A stretch of 64,000 bases of DNA from a virus: IMG/VR virus record IMGVR_UViG_3300027754_000042; one strand, given 5' to 3'. Positions 28,671-37,706 of this stretch are shown in pieces. A program made the position numbers and the translations under genes. Position 1 is the first letter of the stretch. Each line of letters begins with the position of its first letter. The notes beneath the pieces were generated by a model. That model was given only the letters and a program-made list of their open reading frames with translations, made no database searches and was not told the origin of the DNA.

Positions 28671-28678
28671 TATAAATA
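28671..28678 (+). promoter_or_regulatory. T4-type late promoter
   Basis: TATAAATA 7 nt before ATG. Confidence 0.75.
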
Positions 28679-28685
28679 GGGTACG

Positions 28686-29294
28686 ATGCTAAAATTCCGC
28701 GAGTTCATAGCTGAGGATGTTTCTGGTAGTCTGTCGGTGTTTGACATTGACGACACGCTATTCAGCACCACGACACAAGTCCTCGTCAGAAAAGATGGCA
28801 AGGTTGTTGAGAAATTAACACCAGCCGAGTTCAATGTGTACAAGCTAAAAGACGGTGAGGAATTTGACTTCGCTCAATTCCGATCATCTAAGGTGTTCGC
28901 TGATACCGCAAAGCCAATTGAGACTGTATTCAAGACGGCTAAGAAAATGATTAGCAGATTCCGTGCGCATCCTAACAAGCGCATTATCATCTGTACCGCT
29001 CGCGCGGATCTAGACGATAAGAAGCTGTTCCTTGATACGTTTAAAAAGTATGGCTTTGATATCACGCAGGTGCATGTGTATCGCGCAGGCAATATTAAAG
29101 CCCCAGGTGCAGAAGCCAAAAAGCAAATTGTTCGTGACCAACTAAAAGCTGGTAAGTATCAGGTAGCTAGAATGTTTGATGACGCTAAGGCCAACCTTGA
29201 TAAGTTCATTGAACTGCATACCGAGTTTCCAAAGATTAATTTTGAAGCATTCCTAATCCATGAGGATGGAAGAATAACACGTTACAACGGATAA
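28686..29294 (+). CDS. HAD-family phosphatase with capsid-targeting-like N-terminus
   Basis: MLKFREFIAE; FDIDDT, CTAR, K, FDD HAD motifs. Confidence 0.8.
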   Translation: MLKFREFIAEDVSGSLSVFDIDDTLFSTTTQVLVRKDGKVVEKLTPAEFNVYKLKDGEEFDFAQFRSSKVFADTAKPIETVFKTAKKMISRFRAHPNKRIIICTARADLDDKKLFLDTFKKYGFDITQVHVYRAGNIKAPGAEAKKQIVRDQLKAGKYQVARMFDDAKANLDKFIELHTEFPKINFEAFLIHEDGRITRYNG

Positions 29295-29310
29295 CAAGAA
29301 AGGTATAAGC

Positions 29311-29697
29311 ATGACATATATTCTAACACCAAATGGTCGTAGACCAATTGTTCCTATCAATGAATCCGCTGAGCAGGTAAATGATACCGAAATGGACATT
29401 GATTTTGATGTAGAACACTTTCTTGATTATGTCATGGAAAATTTCCCTGAGCTAACCGAAAAGTACATTGAAGAAAACTACGAGCAGGTAGATGAGCTAT
29501 CAAGAAAGACACTTGGTTCATATGCTTACAAGGCAGACAATCAGCTTGGTAAAGTTGATGCAACTGGTCCTAGTCACAAGGCTGGTATTCCAAGTCATTA
29601 CAGAGGCAAGAACAAGGAACTTGGTAAAGATCCTGCGGATAAAATGAGAGCTAGAAAAGCAGGCATCAAGCTTGCAGTTAAGAAGTTGGATAGATGA
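29311..29697 (+). CDS. probable internal head protein with one VDELS module
   Basis: EQVDELSRKTLGSY...RKAGIKLAVKKL matches repeats in 35607-37637. Confidence 0.65.
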   Translation: MTYILTPNGRRPIVPINESAEQVNDTEMDIDFDVEHFLDYVMENFPELTEKYIEENYEQVDELSRKTLGSYAYKADNQLGKVDATGPSHKAGIPSHYRGKNKELGKDPADKMRARKAGIKLAVKKLDR

Positions 29698-29710
29698 GGT
29701 ATAATGGCAA

Positions 29711-30514
29711 ATGGCAAATAAAGGTTTACAATTTGAATGGTGCATCTACCATCTCGTAGCTAAAGTGGATCCTAAAAAATTTGCTAACGATGCAAATGCC
29801 AAAACAGCCAAGGCCAATTACGCCACGGCTGATGCAGATGTAAAAAAAGATGCCGAATATGCTATCGTTATGATACAAAAAGCGTATGGTAAAATCAAAG
29901 ATATCGAAAAAACATCTGGTGGTGGGGTAGAACCGAAAACTGATCTATATATTACATGCGCTAAGAAAGCAATCAAATGCTCTCTAAAGCATGGTGGTTC
30001 TATTCAACTATCATCTGGTGGTATTAAAACGACAGTAAAATTTCTCAATGGTGTATTGAAGAATGTGTCAAAGAAGCCTGGGTATGACGCTAAAAAAATC
30101 AAATCAATAATGTCTGTTCTAGCTGAATTAGATGAGGGATATGGTGATCTTGGGAAAATGCGTAGAACACAAGCTGACGTTGTGTTAGGGAAAGCACAGC
30201 GATACAATGACCTTCTTCAAAATATTTTAGGATCTGGTAAAAATCCTGTGGTTTCAAAAGAGTATGAAAAAATAAAATTAGCTATTATTGAAGAAGCGAT
30301 AACAGGGAAATACACTTTTGGTGCAACATCAAAATTGGCAGCAGATCATATCTTATCCGACAAAAAACTAGAATTGGTTACACCAGCACTCATCAAAACC
30401 GTTTCAGATAAAACTTCAGTTAGAATTAGACTTAAGGGTCGTGGTAAAGAAATGGTTGCCGGTAAAGAAGTTAGATTGAATGAAGTGGTAGTTAGCTTTG
30501 ACACTAAAGCGTAG
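29711..30514 (+). CDS. restriction-endonuclease-like PD-(D/E)xK protein
   Basis: GLQFE...PKTD...SLK pattern; basic, AT-rich. Confidence 0.55.
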   Translation: MANKGLQFEWCIYHLVAKVDPKKFANDANAKTAKANYATADADVKKDAEYAIVMIQKAYGKIKDIEKTSGGGVEPKTDLYITCAKKAIKCSLKHGGSIQLSSGGIKTTVKFLNGVLKNVSKKPGYDAKKIKSIMSVLAELDEGYGDLGKMRRTQADVVLGKAQRYNDLLQNILGSGKNPVVSKEYEKIKLAIIEEAITGKYTFGATSKLAADHILSDKKLELVTPALIKTVSDKTSVRIRLKGRGKEMVAGKEVRLNEVVVSFDTKA

Positions 30515-30538
30515 TATCTGACCGGTTACAACATCCTT

Positions 30539-30567
30539 ATTATACCATGGAAATATTAATTTGTCAA
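30539..30567 (-). promoter_or_regulatory. antisense sigma70-type promoter
   Basis: Minus strand TTGACA-N17-TATAAT with TG extension. Confidence 0.7.
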
Positions 30568-30571
30568 GTAT

Positions 30572-30579
30572 TATAAATA
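30572..30579 (+). promoter_or_regulatory. T4-type late promoter
   Basis: TATAAATA. Confidence 0.75.
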
Positions 30580-30644
30580 GACGAGCAGAAAGCTAAGGCA
30601 GTCCTGCATGGTCGCGGTTAGGGTACGCCAATCCCGCTAGGAGT

Positions 30645-31829
30645 ATGATGAAAAGATTCAAGAGCTTCGTGGTAGAAGCTGCGTTTTCGTCTGAGGAAGA
30701 CAAGTCGCACTATACCCACATTGAAGACGAGATTTATGTTTCTGGAAAGAAGTCCATTGCTAAGATCAGTGGTTACTTCCATGACCTCATAAAGGGCATT
30801 CCTGAAACTGTAAATCAAACTAAGATCGACGGTGCTCCTAGCGTATTCTATGGCTATCAGAATGGTAAGTTCTTTGTAGCGACCAAATCAATCTTCAACA
30901 AAGATCCTAAGGTCAATTTCACCGTAGACGACATTGAGCGTAATCACGGCCACGCACCAGGGCTCGTAGCTAAACTAAAGCTCGCTCTAGAATATTTCCC
31001 CTACATTACAAACAACAAGAATGAGATCCTTCAAGGCGATATGATGTTCGCTAAGGTTGACCTGAAGAAGGTTGACATTGAAGGTGTCCAGCACTGGTTG
31101 TTCAAACCAAACACAGTTATCAATGCGGTACCTGTGAACTCGGTGCTTGGTAGAGAGATTGCTAAGTCGGTTGTTGGATTCGCACCGCATACTAAGTACA
31201 ATGCATCTGGTAGTCGCGTGACAATTCAAGCGCGTGACATGAAGAAAAACTCACATGTGTTCCTGATGCCAATTGATGCGCCATCGTTGGATCATGTTGG
31301 TCATTTGAAGGCCCATATCACAGAGGTCGATAAGCTCCTTGCATCTATACCGGGTGATGCGTTTGCATACATTTCATCCGAAGAGATGAATCCACATTTT
31401 CTTGCATATGCCAACTATGTGATCCGTAATAACACCGATCAGTCGTATGCTGGTTTCCTTGCGTATATGAAAGAGAAGCTTCAGAAGTTCATTGACAAGG
31501 CTGCTAGTGAAAAAGGTAAAGCTTCAAAGCAGGTGGTATATGATACCATTACCAGCCAAATTGAATCCAATAAAAACCTAATCACAAATGTCCTTGATGT
31601 TCACAACAAGCTTGCTGATATCAAGGACAAGATTATTGACGAGCTAGACACATATCAACCTATTCGTAGATATTTTGAGAATGAGTTTGGTGCGTTGGTA
31701 AAGACAAATCCAGAAGGTTATGTTCTTCTCGGTAAGCACGGTACTGCAAAGCTAGTCAAGCGCCGCGTATTCAGTATGCAGAACTTTGCTCAGGGTTCAT
31801 TCAGAAAGGCGGCACCGAAAGATGAGTAA
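30645..31829 (+). CDS. ligase-fold covalent nucleotidyltransferase-like protein with capsid-targeting-like N-terminus
   Basis: MKRFKSFVVE; TKIDG, ATKS, EGYV, KLV resemble ligase motifs I, Ia, IV, V. Confidence 0.65.
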   Translation: MMKRFKSFVVEAAFSSEEDKSHYTHIEDEIYVSGKKSIAKISGYFHDLIKGIPETVNQTKIDGAPSVFYGYQNGKFFVATKSIFNKDPKVNFTVDDIERNHGHAPGLVAKLKLALEYFPYITNNKNEILQGDMMFAKVDLKKVDIEGVQHWLFKPNTVINAVPVNSVLGREIAKSVVGFAPHTKYNASGSRVTIQARDMKKNSHVFLMPIDAPSLDHVGHLKAHITEVDKLLASIPGDAFAYISSEEMNPHFLAYANYVIRNNTDQSYAGFLAYMKEKLQKFIDKAASEKGKASKQVVYDTITSQIESNKNLITNVLDVHNKLADIKDKIIDELDTYQPIRRYFENEFGALVKTNPEGYVLLGKHGTAKLVKRRVFSMQNFAQGSFRKAAPKDE

Positions 31830-34620
31830 ATCTATCGTTATCGTACCGCTTGGTCGTTTCAATCCGCCACACAAAGAACACGCGCACCTAGTTGACGCAG
31901 TTATCAAGCTTGCTAAATCAACACACAGCGATGCCAAAGTTTTTGTTTCGCGCACCGTCAATAAGAAGAAAGATCCACTGACACCACAGGAAAAGATCCG
32001 ATTCCTGAATAAGATGTTTCCTGGTCATAAGAAACTATTTGATGTGCCACCGATTTCTAATCCATCAATGGTTGGCGTACTAAAGAGTTTGTCTGGTAAA
32101 TATGATACCATGCATATCGTATTGGGTGACGATAGAGTTGCAGAAATAAAAGCGTTTGTTGATAAGTACAACGGAACAGATTACAACTACGATAAGATCG
32201 AGGTTCATTCTCGCCACTCTATCGTAAACACTCGCGTTGGTGATCTTGATGGCGTTCACGCATCCGACATTCGCAAGTGGGCCCAAGCTGGTGACTTTGC
32301 TAAGGTCAGAGATGCTATGTCGGAACATCTTACCGATGCAGATGTAAAGCAAATGATCCGCATCATCCAATCGCGTCTAGGAAAAACAATGAATGAATCC
32401 GTAGTTGCTGAGGAAGAAATTCCACTACCATCTGACGCTGAGATTGATAGATATCTTGACAAGCTAACCGATATGAGTGAGCTGGATCTTCGCGATGAAG
32501 ATGCTATGATGTTGGATATGATTGCGTATGATGATGAACCAAAGAATGTTCATGAAGGCCTAACATCTCAGCAACGCCAGAAGCGTTCACAAAAGATGAA
32601 ATCTATGAGCAAGCGTCTTGCTCGTCTGCGTAAGCTTAAATCAAAGCAGATGCCAGCTGGGCAACGCCTACGCCTTCGTGCGCGTAAGGCTGCTATTATG
32701 ATCCTTCGCGCTCGCGCAAGCGGCCGCAAGAACCTAGATTATAATGCGCTATCACGTTCGCAGCGCATCTCAGTTGATAATGCATTGACACAGCGTTTTG
32801 GTAAATCACTAAAGGGTGCTATCAATAGAATAGCCACACGCATTCTTCCACGTATCCGTAGCAAAGCGCAGGCTTCTGTAGCGCAGGCTCGCTCATCTAC
32901 AAACGAGGCATTTCACATGTTCCTAGAAGGCAAAGAAGGTTCTGCAAAAGACAGAGCAACAGATATCAAGCAAGCAAAAGCAAAGAAGATTTCGGTATCA
33001 GATTGGGAAAAATCAAAAGCTGATGTCGCACATGATAGCCCATTGCATATTGACGCAACAAAAATTGTTTCAACAGATGTTGACCCTACAACGGTTGATC
33101 GTTCAGCGCCAAATCCAAAGCATACAACACATGGTGGTGGTAAGCGTCTTGCTCAATTTCGTATGCGTACCGAAGCACGTTCAAGCGCAGCCGATGCTGT
33201 AGATGCTGGCGATACCAATATCATCTATCAAATGCGTAAGGTTATCATCGCTCGCGGTGAGCATGAGGTGGTATTTGGTGATAAGCACAAGGTAAAGATT
33301 TCTGTGGTTGATGCGAGAAAGATGTTGGATCTATTTGATAGAACACGTTTGCCAGCTGATAAACAAAAGCTAACCGTTGCAGCTAGTAAGAGTTTGACTG
33401 CATTTAGAAATGTTTTGTCACATGGTATTCCAAAAGACAAGCCAAAAATTTCTCTTGGTGGCAGAAAGCTTGATGAGGTATCATTCAATGCTCGCAATTG
33501 GAATCCAAATGATTCTGATGCACCTCCTGGTATCACACAAGCTAATGAAAAGAAGAAGCCAGCAGTAAAGGAAGATTCGGAAGATCCAAATCAGTCGCGT
33601 CGTCTGAATCAAAAGATGGATGTTCTATTGCGTCTCGGCCTTGTTGACACAACCGAGCTTCAAGGTTATCGTCGTGCGTTGCGTAGTAGCAAGCAGTTTG
33701 CTTTGCAAAGCCCACAGCTTCGTAAGAACCTTGCTGATCTATTAGACAAGCTTATTGATTTGACTACGCAAGATCCTGCAACATATTCTCGCGTTCGTTA
33801 TAACGTAGTGAATAAGGAACTTGATAGTCAACCAAATCCTGATCTACGCAAGAAAGCAAAGAAGTCTGGTGTATCTGAAGGTGTTTTGAATCAGGTGTTC
33901 GCTCGTGAAATGGCTGAATCAAACAATGTCAGTCGCGCATATAATCGCGTGGACTCATTTATTGCTGGCGGCTTCGCTGCTAAGTTGGATGAGGATCTAG
34001 CTGAAGATGGCGGGTATAAGAGTCCAACCGGTGGGTTAACTCAAAAGGGCCGAGATCGCTATAATAGAGAAACTGGTGGTAATCTGCAAGCCCCAGTTAC
34101 TACACCACCATCTAAATTAAAAGCTGGATCAAAAGCCGCTGGTCGTCGTAAATCATTCTGCGCTCGCATGAGTGGTGTTGACGGACCGATGAAGAAACCA
34201 AACGGTGAGCCATCTCGTAAAGCCTTAGCATTGCGTAAGTGGAACTGCCGTAGCGAAGAAACAAGCGTTGACGAAAAGCGTGGACTATGGGATAATATTC
34301 ACGCTAAACAGAACCGTATCAAGAATGGTTCTGGCGAGCATATGCGTAAGCCAGGTTCTGAAGGATCTCCATCAAACAAGGATCTCAGAGTTTCAAGAAC
34401 AGAAGATATTACGGCCCGCCATGCATCCCATAAAGTGATTCGCGTGAAAGACGGCAGTAACTTCAGATATCGTAAGGTATATGAAGAACCTATTAGTATA
34501 GCTAAATATTCAGTTGACAAGCCGATTGTTGGCGATGCAGCCGATGGTCCAGATAAGGTCACAAAGACACCAGCACATTTCAAAGAGATTCGTAAGGCGC
34601 TTGCTGGTAAACGAGAATAA
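31822..34620 (+). CDS. cytidyltransferase-like (HIGH superfamily) N-terminal domain fused to multiple basic modules
   Basis: GRFNPPHKEH, KDPL, GDDR, HASDIR; C-terminal modules such as GGLTQKG...RRKSFCARM and GLWDNIHAK. Confidence 0.8.
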   Translation: MSKSIVIVPLGRFNPPHKEHAHLVDAVIKLAKSTHSDAKVFVSRTVNKKKDPLTPQEKIRFLNKMFPGHKKLFDVPPISNPSMVGVLKSLSGKYDTMHIVLGDDRVAEIKAFVDKYNGTDYNYDKIEVHSRHSIVNTRVGDLDGVHASDIRKWAQAGDFAKVRDAMSEHLTDADVKQMIRIIQSRLGKTMNESVVAEEEIPLPSDAEIDRYLDKLTDMSELDLRDEDAMMLDMIAYDDEPKNVHEGLTSQQRQKRSQKMKSMSKRLARLRKLKSKQMPAGQRLRLRARKAAIMILRARASGRKNLDYNALSRSQRISVDNALTQRFGKSLKGAINRIATRILPRIRSKAQASVAQARSSTNEAFHMFLEGKEGSAKDRATDIKQAKAKKISVSDWEKSKADVAHDSPLHIDATKIVSTDVDPTTVDRSAPNPKHTTHGGGKRLAQFRMRTEARSSAADAVDAGDTNIIYQMRKVIIARGEHEVVFGDKHKVKISVVDARKMLDLFDRTRLPADKQKLTVAASKSLTAFRNVLSHGIPKDKPKISLGGRKLDEVSFNARNWNPNDSDAPPGITQANEKKKPAVKEDSEDPNQSRRLNQKMDVLLRLGLVDTTELQGYRRALRSSKQFALQSPQLRKNLADLLDKLIDLTTQDPATYSRVRYNVVNKELDSQPNPDLRKKAKKSGVSEGVLNQVFAREMAESNNVSRAYNRVDSFIAGGFAAKLDEDLAEDGGYKSPTGGLTQKGRDRYNRETGGNLQAPVTTPPSKLKAGSKAAGRRKSFCARMSGVDGPMKKPNGEPSRKALALRKWNCRSEETSVDEKRGLWDNIHAKQNRIKNGSGEHMRKPGSEGSPSNKDLRVSRTEDITARHASHKVIRVKDGSNFRYRKVYEEPISIAKYSVDKPIVGDAADGPDKVTKTPAHFKEIRKALAGKRE

Positions 34621-34641
34621 GTTCAAAATAAAAAAGGAGAA

Positions 34642-34920
34642 GTGAAAATGGATATGGATGTAATTATTGGTTGCGTTATTTTTCTAGCTATTGTTGGGTA
34701 TTTGGTATATGCAAAGCCATGGAAAAATGAAGAGTTTATTGTTGCTGATGAGCAAGAAGCTAAAGCAGCAGTTGAAGAAGTAAAGGCTGAAGAAACGGTT
34801 GTCGTCGTTGTACCAGAGCCAGAGCCTGTTGTGGAAGCTGTTGTGGAAGAAGCACCAGTCGTTGTTATTGAGCCAGAAGATGCGCCTAAGCCTAAGAGAG
34901 GCAGAAAAGGGAAGAACTAA
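34642..34920 (+). CDS. membrane-anchored acidic hypothetical protein
   Basis: N-terminal TM, E/V/P-rich tail, KPKRGRK end. Confidence 0.6.
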   Translation: MKMDMDVIIGCVIFLAIVGYLVYAKPWKNEEFIVADEQEAKAAVEEVKAEETVVVVVPEPEPVVEAVVEEAPVVVIEPEDAPKPKRGRKGKN

Positions 34921-35357
34921 TGGATGAGCTTTCAGAACTACTCAAGAAATCACTCGCTACAACCTTTGCGTTTTATCTGAAGGCTCATAACTTTCACTGG
35001 AACGTAGAAGGTCCATTCTTCTCGCAGTACCATGAATTTTTTGAAACTCTATACACCGATGCGTTTGAAGCTACCGATGGCCTTGCAGAACACATTCGCG
35101 CATTGAATGTTTATGCGCCAGGTTCATTCAAGCGTTTTGGTGAGCTATCAACCATTCAGGATGAGCTAACAGTTCCTAATGCTGCTGGTATGTTAAATCG
35201 TTTGTACGATGATAACAATGCAGTTATTGCTACGCTTGTTCCTGCACAGAAAGCAGCGGAGGTTGCTGGTGCGGTAGGAATTGAAAACTACCTACAAGAC
35301 CGTATTGATATTCATAACAAACACGCTTGGATGTTGAGAGCGACAAAGAAGAGCTAA
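34920..35357 (+). CDS. dps: Dps family ferritin-like protein
   Basis: HNFHWNVEG, HEFFE, DGLAEH, KHAWML. Confidence 0.92.
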   Translation: MDELSELLKKSLATTFAFYLKAHNFHWNVEGPFFSQYHEFFETLYTDAFEATDGLAEHIRALNVYAPGSFKRFGELSTIQDELTVPNAAGMLNRLYDDNNAVIATLVPAQKAAEVAGAVGIENYLQDRIDIHNKHAWMLRATKKS

Positions 35358-35368
35358 GAAAGGTAATT

Positions 35369-35605
35369 ATGTCATATCGTAGCTTAGAAAACACAATTCG
35401 TTTTGGCCCTATCAAAGAAGAAAAGGACTACGAAGGGCAGATGGCCCGCGCACAGTTGCAGATAATTGCACAGCGCGCCTCCGCTCTTGCTGATATGATG
35501 AAAGACGATATGCAGCTAGAAGCTTGGGTACAGAGCAAGATCACAATGGCTGAAGATTATGTAACAACAGTCCACGATTATATGACTACTAGAAAGGGTA
35601 ACTAA
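35369..35605 (+). CDS. conserved T4-like hypothetical (probable internal protein module)
   Basis: DYEGQMARAQL...LEAWVQSKIT.A.DY. Confidence 0.7.
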   Translation: MSYRSLENTIRFGPIKEEKDYEGQMARAQLQIIAQRASALADMMKDDMQLEAWVQSKITMAEDYVTTVHDYMTTRKGN

Positions 35606-35606
35606 A

Positions 35607-37637
35607 ATGTCTATTGATAAGAAAGCATTTGGTCTTAGCGATTCGCTAATCAGTGCGGTAAGCGAAGCACTCAAGGGTGGTCAAGTCAAAATCGACAAGA
35701 ACCACAACGGCAAGATTGATGGGCAAGATTTCAAGATGCTCCGTAAGGAAGAAATTGTTGATGAAGGAAATCCTGCTAATAAGGAAAAGAAGAACGCAGC
35801 TGCGGCGGCTGTCGGTGCTAAGAACAGAGATAGTCAGTACCTAAGCAGAATGAATCCATCTGTGGCTGATAAGATTCGTGGTCGCGAAAAGATGTCAGGC
35901 AATGATCGTAAGCAGTTCGAAGAAGTCGAGCAGGTTGACGAGAAGGCCGTATCAAAGGCTCAGCAACATGCAGCTGGCGCAGCACTTGCTACACAGCGCG
36001 GTGAGTATGATGGTGGCAAGAAGGGCGGCGCAATCAACCGCATGGCTTCTATGAAGACTTCAGAGCTTCGTAAGTTTGCTGGTACAAAGACAAAGAGCCT
36101 TCCTACACACAAGGAAGAAGTCGAGCAGGTAGACGAGCTATCAAAGAAGACCATGGGTTCGTATATTAAGAAGGCTTCACATGATGTGGCAACTAAGTCT
36201 GCTGCAACTGGTCGTTATGCTGATCGTGCCAATGCGGTTAAGGATCAGATGAAGAAGGGCGACTATTCAAATTACCAGCAAGGTAAGAAGGATGATGCAA
36301 CCGCTGATAAGATGTTCAACAAGTCATGGAAGCGCCGCGCGGGTATCGCTAAGGCTACCGACAAACTAACTAAGGAAGAAGCCGAGCAGGTAGACGAGCT
36401 TTCAAAGGCTACTCTTGGTTCTTATGTAAACAAATCAGCAGCAAGTCTCGGAAAGGCTGGTTACAACGCCGGCAGTACCGATGGCACTGCGGCTAAGTTG
36501 GATCCACACATTCATACTATAAACAAGAGATCAGCTGGCATCAAAAGAGCTGTAGGTAAATTGGCTAAAGAAGACACTCAAATTGATGAGCTATCAACTG
36601 ATACATACCACAGCGCAGCACACAAGGCTGCTAAGAAAGCTATGGGTGATGCTCAGGGTCGTTCTGGTCCTATCTTCAAGAAGTATGCTGGAATGGCTAA
36701 TAAGTTCCGTGATAAGGGTATGGATCAGGAGAAGAAAGAGAAGGCGTCTAAGGATGCTAAGTCTGCAAAGATGAAAGCCTATCGTGCTGATCGTGATAAG
36801 AATATGGAAGAAGAGATTCAGATTGATGAAATCTCGAAAGGAACTCTTGCATCTTATGGTTATAAGGCCGGTAGACAAATGCAAGGTAATCAACCATCTG
36901 ATCCTGATAAGTTTCGTAAGCGCACCAATCGTGAAAAGGGTTCTAAGTTGGCTTACGGTAAGTATTACGGCCACAAGGTAAAGGTTCCTGCTACTGAAGA
37001 AGTAGAATCTGTTGATGAACTATCAAAAAATACTCTTGGTAATTATGCTCTAGCAGGAGTAAGAGACATTGCTTCTCGTCAGTATGCTCTTGGTAAAGGC
37101 GACAAATCTAATACAGGCAAGCTTATGAATCGTCGTAAAGGCGTTGATAAAGCAATCAGTAAACTTACTAAAGAAGAGACTGATCCAGGATTTGCTGAAG
37201 CTAAGACCATGACTAAAGTGAAGACAACAAAAGACATTGGGTATAAGGTTGTCGATGTTGGTCCTGGTCAAAAAGAGAAAATAGTGAAGGCACACAATTG
37301 GACTGAGCCAAAAAAGAAGTTACCTAATGGAGCAGATTATGCGGCACAAAGACGCAAAGAGAGACTTGCTGCTAATGGTCGTATGGATGAAGCCACTGAG
37401 AATCCAATGGCAAAGCAATTGGCTGCAAAGAAGGCTGCGATTCAGAAGACAATCGTTCAGAAGAAAATGCAGGTTATGCAGTCTAAAGCTAATAAGCAAA
37501 TGTCTTCAATGAAAGAGGGTAAATGCTCTTGCACTGAAGGTAAAAAGTCTATGACATGTGAGACACACGGTGATAAAGCAAAGGGAATGAAGGGTGGCAA
37601 AGAGCCAATCCTAATGAACCCACCACTCAGAGACTAA
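35607..37637 (+). CDS. modular repeat protein, probable protease-processed internal head polyprotein
   Basis: Seven (V/I)DE linkers separating Lys/Arg-rich modules. Confidence 0.75.
   Translation: MSIDKKAFGLSDSLISAVSEALKGGQVKIDKNHNGKIDGQDFKMLRKEEIVDEGNPANKEKKNAAAAAVGAKNRDSQYLSRMNPSVADKIRGREKMSGNDRKQFEEVEQVDEKAVSKAQQHAAGAALATQRGEYDGGKKGGAINRMASMKTSELRKFAGTKTKSLPTHKEEVEQVDELSKKTMGSYIKKASHDVATKSAATGRYADRANAVKDQMKKGDYSNYQQGKKDDATADKMFNKSWKRRAGIAKATDKLTKEEAEQVDELSKATLGSYVNKSAASLGKAGYNAGSTDGTAAKLDPHIHTINKRSAGIKRAVGKLAKEDTQIDELSTDTYHSAAHKAAKKAMGDAQGRSGPIFKKYAGMANKFRDKGMDQEKKEKASKDAKSAKMKAYRADRDKNMEEEIQIDEISKGTLASYGYKAGRQMQGNQPSDPDKFRKRTNREKGSKLAYGKYYGHKVKVPATEEVESVDELSKNTLGNYALAGVRDIASRQYALGKGDKSNTGKLMNRRKGVDKAISKLTKEETDPGFAEAKTMTKVKTTKDIGYKVVDVGPGQKEKIVKAHNWTEPKKKLPNGADYAAQRRKERLAANGRMDEATENPMAKQLAAKKAAIQKTIVQKKMQVMQSKANKQMSSMKEGKCSCTEGKKSMTCETHGDKAKGMKGGKEPILMNPPLRD
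35919..36410 (+). repeat. dispersed coding repeats GAAGAAG(T/C)CGAGCAGGT(A/T)GACGAG
   Basis: Copies at 35919, 36114, 36375; related copy at 29481. Confidence 0.8.
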
Positions 37638-37706
37638 ATAGGGTATAGCGAATAAAATCTATATTATGCCGAGTAGTCACAACGAAAAGCGAAAAGGAAT
37701 AAGAAA

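Noticed and set aside
30580-30640. c-di-GMP-I riboswitch
   Set aside because: Only scattered word-level similarity; the GGCAAA/GAAA-tetraloop P2 arm is absent.
35919-37030. CRISPR-like repeat-spacer array
   Set aside because: Repeats are degenerate, in frame within a protein, and separated by about 200-260 nt coding segments.
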